Assembly: GCA_015487815.1 (NCBI GenBank)
Contig: WFPA01000074.1
Coordinates: 1-48,515, forward strand
Source of the DNA: Albidovulum sp.
GTDB taxonomy: Bacteria > Pseudomonadota > Alphaproteobacteria > Rhodobacterales > Rhodobacteraceae
DNA length: 48,515 bases
Reading direction: 5' to 3'
A program made the position numbers and the translations under genes. Below, one piece after another: positions 1-8,940 of this stretch; position 1 is the first letter of the stretch, and each line of letters opens with the position of its first letter. The notes below the pieces were generated by a model. It saw nothing but the letters and a program-made list of their open reading frames with translations, made no database searches and was not told the origin of the DNA.

Positions 1-549
1 GACCACGAGGGCATCTCGCTTTCGCGGCGGCGGATCACCCTCTCGACTTCCGGGGTGGTGCCGATGATCGAGCGGGCCGGCGCCGAGATCGGCTGCATGC
101 TCGCCATCTCCTTTCACGCCACCACCGACGATGTGCGCGACCGGCTGGTGCCGATCAACCGAAAGTGGAACATCGCCACCCTGCTCGATGCGCTGCGGAA
201 ATATCCGAAACTTTCCAACTCCGAGCGCATCACCTTCGAATACGTGATGCTCAAGGGCGTCAATGACAGCGACGAGGATGCCCGCCGCCTGGTGAAGCTG
301 ATCGCCGGCATCCCGGCCAAGATCAACCTCATCCCCTTCAATCCCTGGCCCGGTGCGCCTTACGAGCGCTCCGACTGGGAGCGGATCCGCGCCTTCGCGC
401 ATGTCATCTATCAGGCCGGTTATGCCTCGCCGATCCGCACCCCGCGGGGCGAGGACATCATGGCCGCCTGCGGCCAGCTCAAATCGGCCACGGAACGGGC
501 GCGCAGGCGCAAGGCAGAGATCGAGGCCGAGGCCGGACTTGCCGGGTGA
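1..549 (+). CDS. rlmN: Radical-SAM 23S rRNA/tRNA adenine-C2 methyltransferase RlmN, C-terminal part (5' end lies outside the window)
   Basis: Frame 1 is open from nt 1. The translation ...[54 protein letters not shown] matches the RlmN/Cfr C-terminal core, including the conserved C-terminal Cys. Confidence 0.9.
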   Translation, partial: DHEGISLSRRRITLSTSGVVPMIERAGAEIGCMLAISFHATTDDVRDRLVPINRKWNIATLLDALRKYPKLSNSERITFEYVMLKGVNDSDEDARRLVKLIAGIPAKINLIPFNPWPGAPYERSDWERIRAFAHVIYQAGYASPIRTPRGEDIMAACGQLKSATERARRRKAEIEAEAGLAG

Positions 550-589
550 ATGGCCAGGCTGCGCAAGCGAGCAACGCGAGGGAGAATCC

Positions 590-1552
590 ATGCCTCACGA
601 CCATCATGGACACGCACATCTCGATTTCGAAACCGGTGACCGGCGGCTCATCTTCGCCATTGCGCTCAATGTCGTGCTGACCTTCGTGCAGATCGCGGCC
701 GGCATCCTCTCGGGGTCGCTGGCGATGATCGCCGATGCGGTGCACAATCTCTCCGACGCCGCCTCGCTGGTGATCGCCTGGGGCGCGCGGCGCATCGGCC
801 GACGGCCGGCGGATCTTGCCATGACCTTCGGCTACAGGCGGGCCGAGAGCGTCGCCGCGCTCGTGAACTATGTCACGCTGATGGCGATCGGCTTCTATCT
901 CGTGGGCGAGGCGATTCAGCGGTTTTTCGATCCTCAGCCGGTCGCAGGGGTGCCGGTGATGATCGTGGCGGGAATTGCCCTCGTGATCGATATCGGCACG
1001 GTCATCCTCATCGGCCGCATGGCCGAAGGGTCGGCCAACATGCGCGCCGCTCAGCTGCACAATCTGGCCGATGCACTCGGCTCGGTGGCGGTGCTGGGGG
1101 TGGGTTTCCTCGTCTGGCGTTTCGGCTGGACCATCGCCGACCCGATCGCCACGCTCGGCATTGCCGGCTATGTGCTCTGGCATGCTTTCGCCGAGGTCGG
1201 GCCGACGGTCCGTCTCCTGATGCTCGGTGCTCCGCCGGGGGTTGATGCCGACAGCGTGCGGGAGGCGATGATGGCCGAGGACGGGGTCGCAAATGTCCAC
1301 CATCTGCATCTGTTCGAGATGGAGGAAGGCTGTCCGGCGCTGACGGCCACAGTCACCCTCGCCGAAGGCCGCTGGGCCGAGGGCGATGCCATCAAGGCGG
1401 CGCTCAAGCAGCGCCTCGCCCGGGAATTCGGCATCGAGCATGTCACCCTCGAGATCGAGTGCGCCCGTCATGCGCCCCGCAAAGTGCACCCGATCGGTCA
1501 TGCAGACCCTGCGGGGCACCACGCTCCGGCAATTGCCGAACCATGCCGATAG
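590..1552 (+). CDS. Cation diffusion facilitator (CzcD/ZitB-like) divalent metal efflux transporter
   Basis: ATG at 590 with GGGAGA a few nt upstream. His-rich N-terminus MPHDHHGHAH, multiple TM segments, HNLSDA metal-site motif and a His-rich C-terminal tail. The 353-589 part of the tracked ORF overlaps rlmN and is Arg/Pro-rich junk. Confidence 0.85.
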   Translation: MPHDHHGHAHLDFETGDRRLIFAIALNVVLTFVQIAAGILSGSLAMIADAVHNLSDAASLVIAWGARRIGRRPADLAMTFGYRRAESVAALVNYVTLMAIGFYLVGEAIQRFFDPQPVAGVPVMIVAGIALVIDIGTVILIGRMAEGSANMRAAQLHNLADALGSVAVLGVGFLVWRFGWTIADPIATLGIAGYVLWHAFAEVGPTVRLLMLGAPPGVDADSVREAMMAEDGVANVHHLHLFEMEEGCPALTATVTLAEGRWAEGDAIKAALKQRLAREFGIEHVTLEIECARHAPRKVHPIGHADPAGHHAPAIAEPCR

Positions 1553-1572
1553 GGTCGATGGGAGAGCCGAAG

Positions 1573-2097
1573 ATGCATCGTCGCAGCTTCATCGGGCTGA
1601 TCGTGGCCGGTGCTGTTCTGTCGCCGGGCCTTCTCCGGGCCGGGTCGCTTCGCGAAGGCGGCCGATCGGCCGGATCCGAACCGAAGATCACCCGGCTGGT
1701 GATCGTCAAGCACAAGCGGCGGCTCTATCTCCTTTCCGGTGGAAAGGTGGTGCGGCGCTACAGCATCGATCTCGGCTTTGCGCCCAGAGGCGACAAGAAG
1801 GTGGAGGGTGACGGGCGCACTCCCGAAGGGCGCTACGTGATCGATCGCAAGAACCCCAATTCCCGCTACCATCTCTCGCTCGGCATCTCCTATCCGAACG
1901 CGCGCGATCGGGCCGAGGCGGCACGGCTCGGCAAGAGCCCGGGAGGTGACATCTTCATCCATGGCCGGCCCTTCCTCATCCGGCTGCTGAAGGGGCGACG
2001 CGACTGGACGGCGGGCTGCATCGCCGTTTCCAACCGGGAGATCGAGGAAATCTACCGTCTGGTCGATATCGGCACGCCGATCGACATCTACCCATGA
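1573..2097 (+). CDS. L,D-transpeptidase (YkuD domain) with a Tat-like signal
   Basis: ATG at 1573 after GGGAGAG. N-terminus MHRRSFIGLIVAGA. YkuD catalytic block IFIHG...WTAGCIAV (His...Cys). Confidence 0.8.
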   Translation: MHRRSFIGLIVAGAVLSPGLLRAGSLREGGRSAGSEPKITRLVIVKHKRRLYLLSGGKVVRRYSIDLGFAPRGDKKVEGDGRTPEGRYVIDRKNPNSRYHLSLGISYPNARDRAEAARLGKSPGGDIFIHGRPFLIRLLKGRRDWTAGCIAVSNREIEEIYRLVDIGTPIDIYP

Positions 2098-2103
2098 CGG
2101 TTC

Positions 2104-2121
2104 GGGGCCCCGCCCCGTTTC
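2104..2121 (+). terminator. Weak intrinsic terminator candidate downstream of the first L,D-transpeptidase
   Basis: GGGGC-CCC-GCCCC hairpin followed by GTTTC, 7 nt after the stop codon. The stem is short and the U-tract poor. Confidence 0.3.
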
Positions 2122-2715
2122 TCAGCTCGAGGGAACGGGCTGGCCGTCGCGCGTGTCCTCGGCCGGAGGCGGCGGCACGGGAGCCGGCACCAGGGGCGGC
2201 AGGTCGGGGTTGCCGAGAACGAGCGTCCACCAGATCTTGCGGTTCGGCTCCTGATACCAGCCGATGCCCATTTCCCGGGCTTCCGGGTCGAGAAGGACTG
2301 CCCGGGTGAATTCGTCCTCGAGCCAGGCGGCGACGGTCTCTTCCGCATGTTCGAAGGTTTCGGAGACGAGCTCGCCTGTGAACCGCCCCTTGTAACCGGC
2401 GCGGGCCACGCGCTGCGGTGGGGAAGAGCCGTCGGATCCGAAATGCCAGGGGCGCTGCTGCCGGGCCATGTCTTCGGAGTGGGCCAGGGCGGCGGCGGTC
2501 AGTTCGGGCGAGAGCGCAAGCGGCACAAGCCCCCGGCCCTCGCGCACGGTATTGATGGCAGCGAGCATCTTCTTCGGGATGCGCCTGGCCTCGAAATAAC
2601 CGATCTTCTTCGCCTGCGGCAGTGGCGGTCCATCGGTCCCGAGCGAGCGGGTCGATTCGACGGTGCACGCCCCGAGGGCGAAGAGTGTCATCAATGCGGC
2701 GGCAAGCCGGATCAT
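2122..2715 (-). CDS. CAP/SCP (YkwD-like) domain lipoprotein
   Basis: ATG at 2715 with GAGGA upstream. Lipobox MIRLAAALMTLFALGAC. CAP-like core ..LSPELTAAALAHSEDMA..WHFGSDG..GYKG...GE. Pro-rich C-terminal tail. Confidence 0.7.
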   Translation of the reverse strand: MIRLAAALMTLFALGACTVESTRSLGTDGPPLPQAKKIGYFEARRIPKKMLAAINTVREGRGLVPLALSPELTAAALAHSEDMARQQRPWHFGSDGSSPPQRVARAGYKGRFTGELVSETFEHAEETVAAWLEDEFTRAVLLDPEAREMGIGWYQEPNRKIWWTLVLGNPDLPPLVPAPVPPPPAEDTRDGQPVPSS

Positions 2716-2927
2716 GCGATCTGTCCTCGTTCTCAGCGGCCGCACGATGGCCCCGGAAAGCGTGCGGTGCAACCCCCCGGAGGCATCAACCGGCCGCGGT
2801 CGGTCGAAACTCGCCCGAAAAGGCCGCAGATGGGGCGATTTTGCCAATCAAGAACGCGTGAATTGAAGATCAACCGGCTTCGACCTATGTCTGGCTTGAC
2901 CGGACCTTCGAGGACAGGAGCGCAGCC

Positions 2928-3557
2928 ATGACCAATTCTTCTTCCCGTCTGACACGGCGCCGATTCACCATCGGGATTGGCGCCGGCATGGCGGCAGCCG
3001 GAGGGCTGGCCACGCCGCTCAGGGCGGAAGATTCCCAACCCGCCACCCCGCTCCCGAACACGGTGCAGATGGAAAAGACGGTGGGAGAGGCGGTGCGCCA
3101 CAACATCGCCGGCTTCCGTTCCCTCGACTGGAGACCCTATTTCTCCGATCTCAGGAACGGCGCGATTCTCGTCGATATCGAATCGCGGGCGCTGCATTTC
3201 TGGTCGGAGGACGAGAGCATCTACAAGCTCTACCCCTGCTCGGTGCCGATGAGCGAAGACCTTACCCGCAAGGGCCGCACGAAGGTGGTGCGCAAGGTCG
3301 TGGGACCCAGCTGGCGACCGACCCCCTCGATGAAGCGGCGCAACCCCGAATGGCCGGACTACATCCCTCCGGGGCCGAAGAACCCGCTCGGCACCCATGC
3401 CCTCTATCTGTCGTGGCGTTACTACCGCATTCACGGCACGCACGACACGCGAAAGATCGGGCGTCGCTCGTCCAACGGCTGCATCGGTCTTTACAACAGC
3501 CAGATCGCCGATCTGTTCGCCCTGACGAAAGTGGGCACGCAGGTGTTGATCATTTGA
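2928..3557 (+). CDS. L,D-transpeptidase (YkuD domain), Tat signal
   Basis: AGGAG RBS. Twin-arginine signal LTRRRFTIGIGAG..PLRA. Catalytic YRIHGTHD...SNGCIGL. Confidence 0.85.
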   Translation: MTNSSSRLTRRRFTIGIGAGMAAAGGLATPLRAEDSQPATPLPNTVQMEKTVGEAVRHNIAGFRSLDWRPYFSDLRNGAILVDIESRALHFWSEDESIYKLYPCSVPMSEDLTRKGRTKVVRKVVGPSWRPTPSMKRRNPEWPDYIPPGPKNPLGTHALYLSWRYYRIHGTHDTRKIGRRSSNGCIGLYNSQIADLFALTKVGTQVLII

Positions 3558-3600
3558 CACGGTTCACCGAAAAAAATCGGCTCCCGGCCAAGGCTGACAG

Positions 3601-3629
3601 TTGCAATCGTGCCGATCGGGGGCTTAAGT
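3601..3629 (+). promoter_or_regulatory. Sigma70-like promoter candidate for the 59-aa sORF
   Basis: TTGCAA (3601-3606), 17-nt spacer, TTAAGT (3624-3629), about 55 nt upstream of ATG 3686. Confidence 0.5.
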
Positions 3630-3685
3630 GTGATCACACGAACACAAGATGTGCCCTTTCGGCATGAATTCCAGGAGGAAGACAG

Positions 3686-3865
3686 ATGAAGAAAATCATT
3701 CTCGCCGCTGCGTTCTCGCTTGGCGCGACCGCTGCCATGGCCGGCAATGTGGCCGAGCCGGTGATGGAGCCCGAAGTGATCCAGGAGGACACCTCCTCCT
3801 CGTCCACCGGTCTCATCGTGCCGATCATCGTGCTTCTGGCGGTCTACGCGGCGACCCGCCGCTGA
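3686..3865 (+). CDS. Small (59 aa) secreted/membrane-anchored protein, not in the supplied ORF track
   Basis: ATG 3686, TGA 3863-3865, AGGAGG 7 nt upstream. Translation is MKKIILAAAFSLGATAAMAGNVAEPVMEPEVIQEDTSSSSTGLIVPIIVLLAVYAATRR: signal peptide with an AMA site, acidic/Ser-rich linker, C-terminal TM helix and RR. It is flanked by its own promoter candidate and a strong terminator. Confidence 0.7.
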   Translation: MKKIILAAAFSLGATAAMAGNVAEPVMEPEVIQEDTSSSSTGLIVPIIVLLAVYAATRR

Positions 3866-3886
3866 TAGGCGCACAGTCGGATTGGA

Positions 3887-3917
3887 AACGGCGGGCCGTG
3901 GCCCGCCGTTTTTCTTT
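3887..3917 (+). terminator. Rho-independent terminator (partly bidirectional; lies between convergent genes)
   Basis: AACGGCGGGC-CGTG-GCCCGCCGTT stem of about 10 bp, followed by TTTCTTT. Confidence 0.85.
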
Positions 3918-3937
3918 GGGTGGCCGGGGCCGAAGGG

Positions 3938-4843
3938 TCAACCATCGCCGGCAGCCGCTTCGGCTTCCAGGATCGCCGCAAGGCCGCTGCGATAGTCGGG
4001 ATGCCGCAGCGTGACGCCGAGCTCCTCCTTCAGGCGCCGGTTGGAGACACGTTTCGATTCGCCATAGAAACTGCGTGCCATGGGCGACATCTCTGCCGTT
4101 TCGAAGGATTCGGCCGGCGGAGGCGGCAGGCCGAGGAGGCTGGCGGCATGGGCGATCACCTCGTCGGGTGGTGCCGGCAGATCGTCGGTGAGGTTGTAGA
4201 TCCGCCCCGGATGGGGCCGCGTGATCGATGCCTTGAGCGCGGCCACGATGTCATCGACATGGATCCGTCCGAAGACCTGACCCGGCTTGACGATACGCCG
4301 GGCCGTGCCGCGCCTGATCTTGGCGAAAGGGCCGCGGCCGGGGCCGTAGATGCCGGCGAGGCGGAATATGTGCACCGGCAGGCCGTGCCGGCGATGCAAT
4401 TCGAGCCATTCCTTCTCTGCCCGAAGGCGCCAGCGGCCCCGCTCCGAGGAAGGGGCGGGGGGCGTTTCCTCGTCCACCCATCCACCCTGGCGGTCGCCAT
4501 ATACGGCGGTGGTCGAGAGATAACCCACCCAGTCGAGACGATCGGCCCGGGCGACGAGGCAGTCCCTATCGGCCGCGATCAGCGGATCGCCCGAGGGGCC
4601 GGGGGGAGCGGCCATGAGAAGGTGGCTTGCGCGGTCGATCACCGGCGCGAGCGGCGCGCCGGGCCAGAGAAGGGGCGTGATGTCGGCCTTCGCGATCGCT
4701 CCGATCCGGGACGCCTCGCGCGTGGTGCCGATCACCTCCCAGCCTGCGCGCGCCATCTCCCGGCCGAAGGCGGTGCCGGTGTAGCCGCAGCCGACGATGA
4801 GGAGCGTTCCTGGCCCCTTCTCTCGTTCCATTTCCTGCGTCAT
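3938..4843 (-). CDS. SDR-family NAD(P)-dependent epimerase/dehydratase-like oxidoreductase
   Basis: ATG at 4843 overlaps the queG stop (ATGA). Rossmann motif [14 protein letters not shown]. Other motifs include [19 protein letters not shown] and RIHVDDIV. Confidence 0.75.
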   Translation of the reverse strand: MTQEMEREKGPGTLLIVGCGYTGTAFGREMARAGWEVIGTTREASRIGAIAKADITPLLWPGAPLAPVIDRASHLLMAAPPGPSGDPLIAADRDCLVARADRLDWVGYLSTTAVYGDRQGGWVDEETPPAPSSERGRWRLRAEKEWLELHRRHGLPVHIFRLAGIYGPGRGPFAKIRRGTARRIVKPGQVFGRIHVDDIVAALKASITRPHPGRIYNLTDDLPAPPDEVIAHAASLLGLPPPPAESFETAEMSPMARSFYGESKRVSNRRLKEELGVTLRHPDYRSGLAAILEAEAAAGDG

Positions 4844-5925
4844 GCCTCGGGCTCCTCTCGCGCCAATGTGTGGGTGGGGGATGCCTTGAGCCGGGCCACG
4901 GCCCATCTTGCAGCGTCGGTCACCACCGGATCAGGGTGATCGAGATGTTCATGCGCCACTTCAAGAAGCTCTCTTTCATCTGAGTTGCCAATGGCATAGA
5001 GCACATTCCTCAGAAAACGGTTGATGCCGATCCGCTTGATCGGGGATTTCGAGAACAGCGCCCGGAACGCCGCGTCGTCAAGCCGGGCGAGATCGGCCAG
5101 CTTCGGTGCCCGCAGCGCCTCGCGGGCATGGTAGCGACTTTCGCGCGCGCGCATGGCAAACTTGTTCCACGGGCAGACGGCGAGACAGTCGTCGCAGCCA
5201 TAGATGCGGTTGCCGAGGGCGGGGCGCAGTGCCTCGGGCACCGGACCGGCATGTTCGATGGTCAGATAGGAGATGCAGCGGCGGGCATCGAGCTGCCGCG
5301 GGGCGGGGAAGGCGCCGGTCGGGCAGATGTCGAGGCAGCGCCGACAGGTGCCGCAATGGTCGCTCTCGGGCGGGTCCTTCGGCAGATCGAGGGTGGTGAA
5401 GATGGCGCCGAGAAAGAACCAGCTGCCGAGCCTGCGCGAGACGAGATTGGTGTGCTTGCCCTGCCAGCCGATGCCGGCGGCTTCGCCGAGCGGCTTTTCC
5501 ATCACCGGCGCGGTATCGACGAACACCTTGATCTCCGTTCCCGGCGCCTGTGCGATCAGCCAGCGGCCGAGCCGCTTGAGGCGTTTCTTGACCACGTCGT
5601 GATAGTCGCGCCCGCGGGCATAGACCGAGATCGCCCCGCGGTCCTTTCGCGCGAGAATGGCGCGGGGGTCCTCGTCGGGACCATAGCTTTCCGCCAGCAT
5701 GATGACGGAACGCGCTTCGGGCCACAGGGCCGCCGGATTGCCGCGCCAGTGCATCCGTTCGGCCATCCAGCGCATTTCGCCATGCCAGCCGCGGGCAACG
5801 AATTCGCGGAGCCGCTCTCCGGCCTCGGGCACGATCGCATCGGGTGCCGTGATGCCGATGTCGTCGAACCCTTCCTCACGGGCCCTTGCGATGAGGGCGG
5901 CCTTGAGCGCGGCAGGATCGGTCAA
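4840..5925 (-). CDS. queG: Epoxyqueuosine reductase QueG
   Basis: Two 4Fe-4S motifs, [16 protein letters not shown] and [13 protein letters not shown], plus C-terminal HEAT-like repeats. There is no in-frame ATG, so the start is TTG at 5925, overlapping the upstream stop (TTGA). Confidence 0.9.
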   Translation of the reverse strand: MTDPAALKAALIARAREEGFDDIGITAPDAIVPEAGERLREFVARGWHGEMRWMAERMHWRGNPAALWPEARSVIMLAESYGPDEDPRAILARKDRGAISVYARGRDYHDVVKKRLKRLGRWLIAQAPGTEIKVFVDTAPVMEKPLGEAAGIGWQGKHTNLVSRRLGSWFFLGAIFTTLDLPKDPPESDHCGTCRRCLDICPTGAFPAPRQLDARRCISYLTIEHAGPVPEALRPALGNRIYGCDDCLAVCPWNKFAMRARESRYHAREALRAPKLADLARLDDAAFRALFSKSPIKRIGINRFLRNVLYAIGNSDERELLEVAHEHLDHPDPVVTDAARWAVARLKASPTHTLAREEPEA

Positions 5926-6611
5926 AAGTCGAAATCCGTGTAATGGGACGGCGGAACGAAGCCGGGAATGGTGTCGGCCAGAAGCGAACGGAAGGGCGGG
6001 CGCGACTTCATGGTGGCATACCAGGTCTTGACTGTTTCGCTGGCTTTCCAGTCAACGAGGCCGAGATAGTCGAGACAGGAGAGATGGGCGGCGGCGGCGA
6101 AATCGGCCAGAGTCAGGCGCTCGGCGGCGAGCCAGCGACGCCGCTCGAGCAGCTTTTCCATGTAGGCCATGTGCAGCCGCCGGCGCCTGAGCGCGTTCTG
6201 CACGCGCCGACTGTCGGGATGGCCGGCGGACATGATCTTCTTGAAGAGGCGCTCCTCGAGCAGTGGCATCGAGACCTCGCGGGCGAATTTCTCGTTGAAC
6301 CAGGCCATGAGACGGCGGACTTCTGCCCGCTCCTCGGCAGTGCGGGGCATGAGGGGCGGCTCGGGATGGGTCTCGTCGACATATTCGCAGATCGCGGCCG
6401 AATCGGCCAGCTTGAGCGGCCGGGGCCGCGCCGGGCCCTCGGGTTCGATCACCAGCACCGGCACCATGCCGGCGGGGTTGAGGCGCAGGAATTCGGCCCG
6501 GTGATCCCAGAAGGGCTCTTCCCTCAGATCGGCATCGATCCGCTTTTCCCCGAGAACCAGCCGCACGGTGCGCGAGAACGGACAGAGCGGATGATGAACC
6601 AGCCGATACAT
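5922..6611 (-). CDS. Glutathione S-transferase family protein (Cys-type active site)
   Basis: ATG at 6611 after GAGGTGA. Thioredoxin-fold N-terminus [25 protein letters not shown], followed by a helical GST C-terminal domain. Confidence 0.8.
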   Translation of the reverse strand: MYRLVHHPLCPFSRTVRLVLGEKRIDADLREEPFWDHRAEFLRLNPAGMVPVLVIEPEGPARPRPLKLADSAAICEYVDETHPEPPLMPRTAEERAEVRRLMAWFNEKFAREVSMPLLEERLFKKIMSAGHPDSRRVQNALRRRRLHMAYMEKLLERRRWLAAERLTLADFAAAAHLSCLDYLGLVDWKASETVKTWYATMKSRPPFRSLLADTIPGFVPPSHYTDFDF

Positions 6612-6773
6612 CAGATCACCTCGTGGACGGGAAAGACGGGCCGCGCATCGGACCTCGGAATTCATTACCCGCGTGGCGCCGTCCCTTCAATGGGCGCACC
6701 GAAGCTTGACCTTGCCCTCCCCGGCGCATAGCCAGTCGCTGAAAGCGAGATCCGCCTCTCAAGGAGATGCAAC

Positions 6774-7892
6774 ATGGCCAACCCTTCCCTTCTGATCCTG
6801 CCCGGCGACGGCATCGGCCCCGAGGTGATGGCCGAGGTCCGCAAGGTCATCGACTGGTTCGGCGAGAAGCGCGGACTTGTCTTCGATGTCGAGGAGGATC
6901 TCGTCGGCGGCGCGGCCTATGACGTTCACGGCGTGCCGCTGGCCGACAGCACGATGGAAAAGGCGCAATCGGTCGATGCGGTGCTGCTCGGCGCGGTCGG
7001 CGGGCCGAAATACGACGATCTGCCCTTCGAGGTGAAGCCCGAGCGCGGCCTTCTGCGCCTGCGCAAGGAAATGGATCTGTTTGCCAATCTCCGCCCGGCC
7101 GTCTGCTTCGATGCCCTGGCCGATTTCTCCTCCCTCAAGCCCGAAGTGATTTCGGGGCTCGACATCATGATCGTGCGCGAGTTGACTTCGGGAGTCTATT
7201 TCGGCGAACCGCGCGGGATCTTCGACGACAACGAGGGCGGGCGCGTGGGCATCAACACCCAGCGCTACACCACCGAGGAGGTGCGCCGGGTGGCCCGCGT
7301 CGCCTTCGAGCTGGCGCGGCGGCGGAACAATCGCGTCTGCTCGATGGAAAAGGCGAATGTCATGGAGTCGGGCATCCTCTGGCGCGAGGAAGTGCAGTGG
7401 GTGCACGACAACGAATATCCCGATGTGGAACTTTCCCACATGTATGCCGATGCCGGCGCGATGCAGCTCGTGCGCTGGCCCAGGCAATTCGACGTGATCG
7501 TGACCGACAATCTCTTCGGCGACCTCTTGTCGGACGTCGCCGCCATGCTCACCGGCTCGCTCGGCATGCTGCCTTCGGCCTCGCTCGGCGCGCCGATGGA
7601 AAACGGCCGGCCGAAGGCGCTCTACGAGCCGGTGCATGGCTCGGCTCCAGACATCGCCGGTCAGGGCAAGGCCAACCCCTGCGCCTGCATTCTCTCCTTC
7701 GCGATGGCGCTGCGATATTCCTTCGACGAGGGGGCGGAGGCCGACCGGCTCGAGAAGGCGGTGGAGCGGGTGCTGGCCGAGGGGGTGCGCACGCCCGATC
7801 TCTTGCAGAAGGAAGGCGCCACGCCAGCCACCACCGCCGAGATGGGCGACGCCATCATCCGTGCGCTCGACGAGAGTCTCGCGGCCGAATGA
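6774..7892 (+). CDS. leuB: 3-isopropylmalate dehydrogenase
   Basis: AAGGAG RBS. Motifs [33 protein letters not shown] and [12 protein letters not shown]. Confidence 0.95.
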   Translation: MANPSLLILPGDGIGPEVMAEVRKVIDWFGEKRGLVFDVEEDLVGGAAYDVHGVPLADSTMEKAQSVDAVLLGAVGGPKYDDLPFEVKPERGLLRLRKEMDLFANLRPAVCFDALADFSSLKPEVISGLDIMIVRELTSGVYFGEPRGIFDDNEGGRVGINTQRYTTEEVRRVARVAFELARRRNNRVCSMEKANVMESGILWREEVQWVHDNEYPDVELSHMYADAGAMQLVRWPRQFDVIVTDNLFGDLLSDVAAMLTGSLGMLPSASLGAPMENGRPKALYEPVHGSAPDIAGQGKANPCACILSFAMALRYSFDEGAEADRLEKAVERVLAEGVRTPDLLQKEGATPATTAEMGDAIIRALDESLAAE

Positions 7893-7950
7893 GCCCGGCG
7901 GCGCGGCGATGACGGCCGGGGGACGAGGGGTGAAAATCGCGTCCGCCCCC

Positions 7951-7979
7951 CTTGCGCTGGCCCTCGAAGCGTCCTAAAT
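7951..7979 (+). promoter_or_regulatory. Promoter candidate for tRNA-Pro
   Basis: CTTGCG, 17-nt spacer, CTAAAT. The -10 element ends 12 nt before the mature tRNA 5' end. Confidence 0.35.
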
Positions 7980-7991
7980 CAGCGCCACGGT

Positions 7992-8068
7992 CGGAGTGTA
8001 GCTCAGCCTGGTAGAGCACTGTCTTCGGGAGGCAGGGGTCGCAGGTTCAAATCCTGCCACTCCGACCA
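7992..8068 (+). tRNA. tRNA-Pro (anticodon CGG), CCA encoded
   Basis: Hand-folded cloverleaf. Acceptor stem CGGAGTG/CACTCCG. D arm GCTC..GAGC. Anticodon stem CTGTC/GGCAG with loop TTCGGGA (CGG, G37). T arm GCAGG-TTCAAAT-CCTGC. Discriminator A plus CCA. Total 77 nt. Confidence 0.95.
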
Positions 8069-8160
8069 GTCACCCCCCAATCCGTTATCCGTTGCCGGAA
8101 GTCATGACGTTGCCGCAGCTCTTCACGCTGCCCGGCGGCATGTGCCGTTGCGGATGACTT

Positions 8161-8182
8161 TCCATCGAAAGGGCGCCGCCCT
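8161..8182 (-). terminator. Modest intrinsic terminator candidate after the peptide ABC operon
   Basis: On the minus strand, AGGGC-GGC-GCCCT lies immediately after the stop codon and is followed by TTTCGAT. Confidence 0.35.
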
Positions 8183-8183
8183 C

Positions 8184-8939
8184 TCAGCCACCGGCGGCAA
8201 GGCTCGCCTCGAACAGCTTGCGGGTATAGGGGTGACGGAAACGGCCGGCGAGCAGATCCGGCCGCTCGAGCGTCTCGACGATGCGCCCCGCCTCCATCAC
8301 CGCCATGCGGTCGCACATGTGATCGACCACCGCGAGATCGTGGCTCACCATCAGATAGGTCAGCCCCCTTTCCTCGCGCAGGTCCCACAACAGGTTGAGC
8401 ACCTCGGCCTGCACCGAAGCGTCGAGCGCCGAAGTGGGCTCGTCGAGCAGCAGGATCTCGGGCTCGAGCATCAACGCCCGGGCGATGGCCACGCGCTGGC
8501 GCTGGCCACCCGAGAGCTGGTGCGGGTAGCGGAAGCGGAAGCTTGCCGGCAGGCCGACGCTCTCGAGCGCCGCCACCACCCGCCTGTCATGTTCGCCGAT
8601 GCCGTGAATGGCAAGCGGCTCGGAGAGGATCCGGTCGAGAGTATGGCGCGGGTGGAGCGAGGCGTAAGGGTCCTGGAACACCATCTGCACCTTGCTGGCG
8701 AAGGCCTTGTCACGCCGGGGACCAAGCGGTCGGCCCTCGATGCGGATCGTTCCGCCCGTAACGGGAGCAAGGCCGCAGATCGCCCTGAGGATGGTGGACT
8801 TGCCCGAGCCCGATTCGCCGACGAGCCCGTAGCTCTCCCCTTCCCCGACGGTGAATCTCGCCCCTTTCACCGCCTGCACCTCGTGCCCCTTGACGCGGAA
8901 TGTGACATCGAGCCCGTCGATCTCGATCATCGCCGTCAT
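8184..8939 (-). CDS. Peptide/nickel ABC transporter ATP-binding protein (DppF/OppF-like)
   Basis: Walker A GESGSGKST, signature LSGGQRQR, Walker B LLLDEPTSALD. Confidence 0.9.
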   Translation of the reverse strand: MTAMIEIDGLDVTFRVKGHEVQAVKGARFTVGEGESYGLVGESGSGKSTILRAICGLAPVTGGTIRIEGRPLGPRRDKAFASKVQMVFQDPYASLHPRHTLDRILSEPLAIHGIGEHDRRVVAALESVGLPASFRFRYPHQLSGGQRQRVAIARALMLEPEILLLDEPTSALDASVQAEVLNLLWDLREERGLTYLMVSHDLAVVDHMCDRMAVMEAGRIVETLERPDLLAGRFRHPYTRKLFEASLAAGG

Positions 8940-8940
8940 C

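Noticed and set aside
353-589. N-terminal 79-aa extension of the CDF transporter ORF, overlapping the rlmN 3' end.
   Set aside because: The extension is Arg/Pro/Ser-rich junk in an alternative frame of rlmN. A proper RBS plus ATG at 590 gives the typical His-rich CDF N-terminus.
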